NCBI GenBank assembly: GCA_038882975.1
Contig: JAVZNE010000001.1
Span: 64,001 to 128,000 of the forward strand
Reading direction: 5' to 3'
Source: Candidatus Bathyarchaeia archaeon
GTDB lineage: Archaea; Thermoproteota; Bathyarchaeia; Bathyarchaeales; Bathycorpusculaceae
DNA length: 64,000 nucleotides
Positions within the stretch are counted from its first letter, which is position 1. Each line of letters opens with the position of its first letter. This document shows, piece by piece, positions 58,701 through 64,000 of this stretch. Both the position numbers and the translations under genes were made by a program. The notes below the pieces were generated by a model that was not told where the DNA came from, searched no databases, and saw only the letters and a program-made list of their open reading frames with translations.

Positions 58701-58872
58701 CGAAGAAATCATCTACGAACTGCAAAGATTCCCACCGTGCGCAACATCAATAATAATAAGGATAGACTACACAGACCCAGAACACCCAACATGGACAATA
58801 CCAGAAGTTCTAGGAACAATAAGCGAAACAACAGTAGAACGTGTTAAAGGCGGAATCCACCCAGACCCATAA
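55792..58872 (+). CDS. Large secreted protein, probable S-layer protein
   Basis: Signal peptide, 1026 aa, many N-x-S/T sequons in the C-terminal half, S-layer-like C-terminal VGRDA..D..GA and NVIGVGGPLAN motifs; adjacent glycosyltransferases. Confidence 0.65.
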   Translation: MKMEKRKKLFALLATIIIATAALTPMLFVTVIAADPTSWYTKVNGVLTSDYYSLYPFTTKSIDFGLSKFGEMIDYPVTTGVGVGLQYPGYDSVGTYDQKAGTSRDPFANEYIDPKLWLNGWLIDIKYTHRTYRDRRVLAMAMFADMAAYGGDWLVGHPYPFNLAPHGGRKTTGYAYTEPLTVLYNGPRRYVALSVTHLYDWFDSDQDNVVDHPDETWPIVDVVLTFIFEKVKKQVIIFKDIKQVITGKELESPLDIQFSNREEWDLGPPPGYGSYAHFFHQELTTCYGSEWHLAPGIMREWIEDGYALDEVPVEKDGYGGPIVAGSVRVYVNGVFKEEGTHYNINYTTGEITWHISIRQTDWVTVVYKLWKYEDGTRLTGVPHYYDVAQIISSDLKYVGWKAFWPTLSDYSVDAWDKSLQPLIWVDDEDMVPATSEPDIPFVVGEWDFMLGKGYPSQFRGVEVVGLTDYHDADDPQLGGEALLDIEVKYQLEEVFNPWSLVDAVEKYTERWVQFYTVKAADVGKDLNIILEHKPVLKATPWEEYCSFSERVLWGGALKIPIRAVATTYHYELYVDENGTGRIYIPASKVPPAGTEIKILYSTQTWWFGPAQVVLYRGTFTNEPLRAGPITLLDEEDISKVIGPDGLGAKWSFLIENLTVTVANETDSAESGMLDVEIPTGPYVNFKVFKNQTAYLIGLNYKHEFANQTAPTGLWINATIDAIGYDVTAPPLKDLHVFVFKPTIHISITATTNGTHCNATITVTVEDPQIVGEDQLPIYIEYVGGRYEWVTVGRDAHSADSIGASLVSAAFKNKQVEIGNAGFDMMFQEYALTSIPYLLHKFSGTGTGWPPNYKDSIYRIALRDDWCHTWPIASSNVIGVGGPLANHIAEYFNDFTDAFYGLNTVEAPFTPYAPWVNKIIALSCWSKDTYSGNATVGYAVIATYKDINGTVGFLVWGISARDTFYASKFFHEEIIYELQRFPPCATSIIIRIDYTDPEHPTWTIPEVLGTISETTVERVKGGIHPDP

Positions 58873-58879
58873 ACACGCA

Positions 58880-58910
58880 TATCCCCCCTTTTCTTTACCT
58901 TCATTTTCTC
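58880..58910 (+). terminator. Pyrimidine/T-rich terminator after the S-layer gene
   Basis: ATCCCCCCTTTTCTTTACCTTCATTTTCTC immediately after the stop. Confidence 0.45.
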
Positions 58911-58956
58911 CGAAAAATCTCGTAAACATTGGCAAAACGAGTTTTGGTGTTTCGTT

Positions 58957-60129
58957 TTAAGCCTCCGACAACAATTCTCTATAAACTTTTAGGAGCCTTT
59001 CAATAACTTTTTCCCAAGAACAAAACATTTCTATAAATCTTCTACCACGCAAACCAGCCTCAATAAGAAAGTCCGGGTCTCTCAGAGCCGTACACAAAAA
59101 TTCTGCAGCTTTTTCCACATCTGTAGGCAAGAGCAAGCCGAAACGCCTCCTCGCCTCCAAGTAACTTCTGATGTAAGGGTTGAAACTTGCAACAACCGCC
59201 TCGCATGCAAGAGCCTCTTTTAAGGCGCCACCCCAAAGGGGGTTTAAATCCAACATGGATGTAGGGGCGAATGCCAAGACACATTTTGAATAGAGGTTTG
59301 GCAGCAAGTGGTGCGGAACAAAACCAAGAAACTCAACATTTCTTTCAAGACCTAAACTTTTAGAAAAACTTTTCAATGCATCAAGTGCCGGTCCATCTCC
59401 AACCATTAAAACTTTAAAGTCGCCCCCATACTTTCTTTTAAGCCTCTGAACAACCTCCAGGATAAGCCATGGATTCTGCTCCTTCAAAGTTCTAGGCCTA
59501 AAAGTCATTCTACCAGCATAAATTAGATGTGGAACCTTAGCCTTCCTGCCAACTCTGCGGAACAGGGAGGTGTCAACTCCCACATTTGGAAATTTTAGAA
59601 TTTTGCTGCGGCTAACATGCAGTTTTTCCAGCCAGTAAATCTCCTCGTCTGGCGCCACAAGAAACTTGTCAACAACACCAAAAAATGGTCTATGAATGTG
59701 TTTTCCAAGGATTTGGAGTTCAGACTCCCCATGATATTGGGCGACAAGCCTCCACCCGCATTGGCGGCGACACTTAGCAAATACCATTGGCGCAAAGGAC
59801 CAAAAGTAATAGTTGTGAAAATGAACTATGTCAAAATCGCCCACTACAAGTTCTTTTATTATCCCAAAATTATGAGAGCTACCTATAGGAACTAGTGGTG
59901 GAAACCTAAACTTAACAGGAAAAGCCTTAAGCACATAGTCGCCTAAACAAAACTCTTTTGTCTCCCTCAAGTCTTGGTGGAACGTGTAAAGGACAACATT
60001 GTTGCCTCTGCGGCCAACCCTTTCAGCATAATCCTTAGAGAAATGGTAGCGTTGAAAGACAAAGTCTTCTAGACGCCAGCCGCTGAACTTTTGGTCGTGG
60101 AGCAGCAGGTAGGCAATATTCAATTTCAT
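58957..60129 (-). CDS. GT4-family glycosyltransferase
   Basis: FDIVHFH, NVGVDTSLF, YAGR, VGDGP, FLGFVPH, EALAC, FCSWEKV. Confidence 0.88.
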   Translation of the reverse strand: MKLNIAYLLLHDQKFSGWRLEDFVFQRYHFSKDYAERVGRRGNNVVLYTFHQDLRETKEFCLGDYVLKAFPVKFRFPPLVPIGSSHNFGIIKELVVGDFDIVHFHNYYFWSFAPMVFAKCRRQCGWRLVAQYHGESELQILGKHIHRPFFGVVDKFLVAPDEEIYWLEKLHVSRSKILKFPNVGVDTSLFRRVGRKAKVPHLIYAGRMTFRPRTLKEQNPWLILEVVQRLKRKYGGDFKVLMVGDGPALDALKSFSKSLGLERNVEFLGFVPHHLLPNLYSKCVLAFAPTSMLDLNPLWGGALKEALACEAVVASFNPYIRSYLEARRRFGLLLPTDVEKAAEFLCTALRDPDFLIEAGLRGRRFIEMFCSWEKVIERLLKVYRELLSEA

Positions 60130-60201
60130 ACATTAACCATATAAAGGGGTGGCTCTTGGCAAATAAAAATTGAACCTCAAAAACCGAACAAGTGCACAGC
60201 C

Positions 60202-61590
60202 TTGAACATAAAAAGTTTGGCTAAAAAGTTTTTCAAATCAAAAACAGCCCTACTACTAACCCTTGCAGTTCTAATCCGTTTTTCGCTGGCGCCCTTCACA
60301 GAACACAGATACGACATGTATATTTGGAGACTTAATCAAGCATTCGCCTATCAATACGGGGTTAACCCGCTGAATCCGCCGAAGTGGATTGATAAAAACG
60401 CCACAGTGTTCTTCTGGAGTTATCCGCCTTTGTGGCTTTTCTGCCTACTCGCAGTCTACCCCATCTACGCCGCTGCTTCCCACACAACTTTCCCAGCAAA
60501 CGTCAGCGAACTCTGGCGGGACATGTACACTTACAACAATCCATGCGAAGCCTACAACTCCTTCAAACCCAAAAACCTGCCATTACTAGACCTGCTGATT
60601 AAAACGCCTCTAATCCTTTCAGACTTAGCCATAGCCCTACTACTGCTCAAAGTAATTGGAAGATTTTCCGAGGAAGAGAAAGCCCGCAGACACGCCTACA
60701 TGTGGATTTTTAACCCATATGTTATATTCATCTCGGCTGTCTGGGGAATGTTTGACACTTTACCAACACTTTTCACATTGTTAGCCGTATGGCTTCTCCT
60801 AGAAGGGAAAAGTGGCAAATCAGCAGTATCCCTATCTGTTGCTGCACTGTTTAAAATGTATCCAATTGTATTTGCACCAATACTTGCCACCATGCATTAC
60901 AAAAAATGTCGGAAACCCTTTGTAGCAGTAAAATATCTCCTAACAGCAGCGGGCTTGACGATTCTAGCCATGCTTCTGGTTCACTTCTGCTTCGCATTAA
61001 TCTTCGGCCAAGAACCTTTTAGCACTTCCACCACAATGGTTTGGCTGCTCTTAAAAGGGAGAGCTTCACCAGACTGGTACGGCTCCAACATATTCTTCGG
61101 ACTAACACCCCTCAGCATAATGGAAGACCTATTCAAGCGATTAAATGTCAAGACAAATATCCCCATTTCGCCAATATTAATCAGCGTCGCAGTAACTATT
61201 CTAATCTTTGGAATAAGCCGAAAGAAAGATTTTGATTCCATGGACGTTTTCTCCTACATTACAGTGGCACACTTCGCCGTCTACCTCACATACGCAGTTG
61301 TTAACGAACAATATTTGATGTGGATTTTACCCTTCCTTTTAGTTCTTGCAGCAACAAAAGGCAACTCCAAAATTGTGTTTATTTACTGGACGATAAGCCT
61401 CACCGCAATGCTTTTCGTTTTCACCCACTACGGAGACTTATCCTACTTTATCTCCCCATATTTTGTTCCGGGTTATCCGGGATACATGCCAGCACTAGTT
61501 CTTTTTGGGTTAACAATGGCGGTTGTTTATTCACTGGGCATAATTTTCATTCTGAAAAAAGATGAAGGGAAAGCTGCAAAAAATGCATAG
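60202..61590 (+). CDS. GT-C fold membrane glycosyltransferase (GT87/PIG-M-like)
   Basis: Multi-TM; EHRYD loop, YPPLW, KTPLILSD, FNPYVIFISAVWGMFD, KMYP, NEQYLMW. Confidence 0.75.
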   Translation: MNIKSLAKKFFKSKTALLLTLAVLIRFSLAPFTEHRYDMYIWRLNQAFAYQYGVNPLNPPKWIDKNATVFFWSYPPLWLFCLLAVYPIYAAASHTTFPANVSELWRDMYTYNNPCEAYNSFKPKNLPLLDLLIKTPLILSDLAIALLLLKVIGRFSEEEKARRHAYMWIFNPYVIFISAVWGMFDTLPTLFTLLAVWLLLEGKSGKSAVSLSVAALFKMYPIVFAPILATMHYKKCRKPFVAVKYLLTAAGLTILAMLLVHFCFALIFGQEPFSTSTTMVWLLLKGRASPDWYGSNIFFGLTPLSIMEDLFKRLNVKTNIPISPILISVAVTILIFGISRKKDFDSMDVFSYITVAHFAVYLTYAVVNEQYLMWILPFLLVLAATKGNSKIVFIYWTISLTAMLFVFTHYGDLSYFISPYFVPGYPGYMPALVLFGLTMAVVYSLGIIFILKKDEGKAAKNA

Positions 61591-62899
61591 GCATCTTGAC
61601 AAGTTTAGGATGCTTATCCTCCTAGGACTAATCGTTAGGCTAGCCCTCTGCTTCTGGACCGGACACCCCTGGGATTTTGAAGTTTTTATCCGTGTGGGAT
61701 ACTATGTGGCTAAAGGCTCAAGTCTTTTCGGCATCTACCCAGCAGAAAGCTACTATAAGGAAGGTTTGGGTCAACCAATATTTCCATACGTTACAGGCTT
61801 GGGCTACCTTCCAGCATGGGGACTATACACAGCCCTCGCATACAGAATCTACAGTCTCTTACCAGTCTCCCCATTCCTCTACTATTTTATGCTAAAACTA
61901 GCCCCAATTCTCGGAGACTCGGCTTCAACACACCTAATCTACTCATTAACATGGATGGTTACTGGCGACGTGGAGAAGGCAAGGCTTAGCGCATTAACAT
62001 TTTTTCTATGCCCCTTCATCATACTTATAAGCTCGGTTTGGGGCATGTTTGACTCCACACCATTGGCTTTTACGTTGGCATCTGCAATGCTACTGTTGCT
62101 GGACAAGCCTTTTTTAAGCGGAGTCTGCCTTGGAATAGGAATCTACATAAAAGTTGTTCCAATAATTTATCTTCCAATCCATATGCTTTACCTAAGCAGC
62201 AAGAAAGGGATTAGACAAGCTTTAACCCATCTATTAACCGCCTTGCTTGCCCCTTTCATGTTGACGATGGTTCCACTGGTCTATTTTGGCTGGGACCCCT
62301 CAAAAGCTGCCATAACAATCTTCAGCCAGACCCAGAGAACAGGCGAAGTTTTAACCTACTGGAATCTAAGCGCCCTCCTAAACGACTTGTTCCCAGAGAT
62401 CTTTTCAAGCGAGGTACTAAACGAGGTTTTCTCCTTCCCGTTAGTGAGGTATTTTTGGGTTCTGGGACTTATGGTGGGCTACCTCCTATACCACAAACTA
62501 CAAAAGGATTCCGATGAACCTCACGGTTTAAGCCTATTAAAGGGATACCTTTTCGTAACAGTAGGGTTTCTACTGACAAGAACCTTTATTCCAGAACAGT
62601 TCGTTATCCACCTAGCCCCCCTAATAATTGTTCAGGCAAAAGGTTGGCGGCCTGAGAAGATGCTAGGCTGGAGGAGTATTTGGGTTCCAGCCCTAACTTT
62701 CACTTTCATCAATTTGTATCCGTTTACATTCGCTTACCTAATAAATCCGGAATTATGGTACGTCTTCAGCTACTGGGCATTCACAAAACCCTACTCAAGC
62801 GTTAGATATCTTGCACGCTTCATCACAGCAGTGGTTTTCGACCTATTTTTGGTGAAAATTCTCTATGAAATGGTGAGAAGCCATGGAGAAAGTGCTTGA
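61562..62899 (+). CDS. GT-C fold membrane glycosyltransferase (GT87/PIG-M-like), paralog
   Basis: Multi-TM; GHPWD loop, YLPAW, KLAPILGD, CPFIILISSVWGMFD, KVVP, PEQF. Confidence 0.72.
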   Translation: MKGKLQKMHRHLDKFRMLILLGLIVRLALCFWTGHPWDFEVFIRVGYYVAKGSSLFGIYPAESYYKEGLGQPIFPYVTGLGYLPAWGLYTALAYRIYSLLPVSPFLYYFMLKLAPILGDSASTHLIYSLTWMVTGDVEKARLSALTFFLCPFIILISSVWGMFDSTPLAFTLASAMLLLLDKPFLSGVCLGIGIYIKVVPIIYLPIHMLYLSSKKGIRQALTHLLTALLAPFMLTMVPLVYFGWDPSKAAITIFSQTQRTGEVLTYWNLSALLNDLFPEIFSSEVLNEVFSFPLVRYFWVLGLMVGYLLYHKLQKDSDEPHGLSLLKGYLFVTVGFLLTRTFIPEQFVIHLAPLIIVQAKGWRPEKMLGWRSIWVPALTFTFINLYPFTFAYLINPELWYVFSYWAFTKPYSSVRYLARFITAVVFDLFLVKILYEMVRSHGESA

Positions 62900-64000
62900 A
62901 CTATTAAGGGACAAGAAGATGCAGTACGTGGTTATTGTTTGGATACTTCTAATAAAAGTTGTTGAAATCGCTGTTGAACTGCTTGCAAACATCGAGCTAC
63001 TATATTTCATTGAACTTTTAGGGTTTGGCTATCTCTCCAAAACTTCCCGCATGGTGTGGGATGCTCTTATAACCTTTACAATTATTTGGCTAATCTACCG
63101 ACTGGCAAAGGATGCCTTTCAAATCTCTTTAGGGCTGAGGCAGCTCTCAAAAAGGGAGCTTTTAAGCACCATTTTACTGTTGATATGGGTGGCTGCCTCC
63201 GTTACAGCGGTTTTGCAGTTTGCCCAAGCAGCCTCGCTTCCACCAGCAAGTCCACGACTGGAAATTTCAAGATACTATCAACCATGCAACATGACCGAAG
63301 ACGGATTTACCACATATTTCACAATCAACGACGCAGAGCAAGGAGCTAAAATTACATTAGACCTTTCTAAATCGGTTTTTTCAAACGCTTTCTCCTTTTA
63401 CAGAATAGGCGAAATTTCTATGTTTGGAGTAAAGGATGGCGGCTTAAGCTACTTTTCTCTGAAAGACTCTCAGACGGGGCAAAAGATGATTGAGATGAAG
63501 TTTTTTGGAAACGGCACCAATGGTTTGGACGGATGGTTTGCAAATAAAATCATATTGGAGAAGCCTCTAAACGTAAATGAGAACACAACGCTTATACTGC
63601 TGCTCAAGCTGGAGCCTTCAGCCGACAACACCGCTTGGACCTACATAAAACTGGACTTTTCATCCGAAAACGGCGAGGATTATTATCTTGTCTGGAAATT
63701 TCACGACAAACCAATAAATTCCATGCCCTACAGTGCCGACAAAAGAATGAAAACGTACCTTCTCGGAAGTGCTGTTGAATGGACATTTTTCCAATTCAAC
63801 CTACAAAATGTTTTCTACACAAGTTTCTCAAGCCACCCAAAACTTTTAGGTGGCATCGAATATGGTGTGGGCGCAGAGGCAGACAACACTGTAGCTGCAA
63901 ACTTCCTTTTGGCGAAAATATCTGATAATCCCTTCAAAGTTAATGGGGAACTGGTTGAAAGCGTGAAGCCAACAGTAAAACTAGATGATTCCCGAATATG
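62883..64000 (+). CDS. Membrane protein with extracellular beta-rich domain (3' end runs off window; absent from ORF track)
   Basis: Manual translation from ATG 62883: MEKVLELLRDKKMQYVVIVWILL..., about 3 TM segments then a soluble domain; no stop before the window end. Confidence 0.65.
   Translation, partial: MEKVLELLRDKKMQYVVIVWILLIKVVEIAVELLANIELLYFIELLGFGYLSKTSRMVWDALITFTIIWLIYRLAKDAFQISLGLRQLSKRELLSTILLLIWVAASVTAVLQFAQAASLPPASPRLEISRYYQPCNMTEDGFTTYFTINDAEQGAKITLDLSKSVFSNAFSFYRIGEISMFGVKDGGLSYFSLKDSQTGQKMIEMKFFGNGTNGLDGWFANKIILEKPLNVNENTTLILLLKLEPSADNTAWTYIKLDFSSENGEDYYLVWKFHDKPINSMPYSADKRMKTYLLGSAVEWTFFQFNLQNVFYTSFSSHPKLLGGIEYGVGAEADNTVAANFLLAKISDNPFKVNGELVESVKPTVKLDDSRI

Overview
Gene-dense archaeal chromosomal window, most consistent with Bathyarchaeia (TACK). 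Markers: archaeal Cdc6/Orc1, archaeal TPI, eL38, archaeal SRP RNA, frequent TTG starts and a cdhABCDE operon without mcr. In order: an M28 peptidase; moaC-wHTH-HIT-cdc6; a sugar block (TPI, glycogen debranching enzyme, GalT, GH1, PPi-type PFK, class II FBA); SRP RNA; an unannotated 58-aa CooT; a 396-bp intergenic array of ORB-like repeats (candidate replication origin, with a sister copy at 9.7 kb); the ACDS/CODH operon with two cooC; vapBC; two tandem but divergent deoxyhypusine-synthase-family genes; an F420/pterin cluster (cofE, MetF-like, FbiB-C/FbiE-like nitroreductase, cofD); a fused HEPN-MNT gene; a complete 14-kb type IV pilus/adhesin locus with leaderless minor pilins and a discoidin-domain pilin; a second cofE; and a probable S-layer gene followed by GT4 and two GT-C glycosyltransferases. 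No CRISPR, tRNA, rRNA or IS element was seen. All calls come from motif recognition by eye; no database searches were run.
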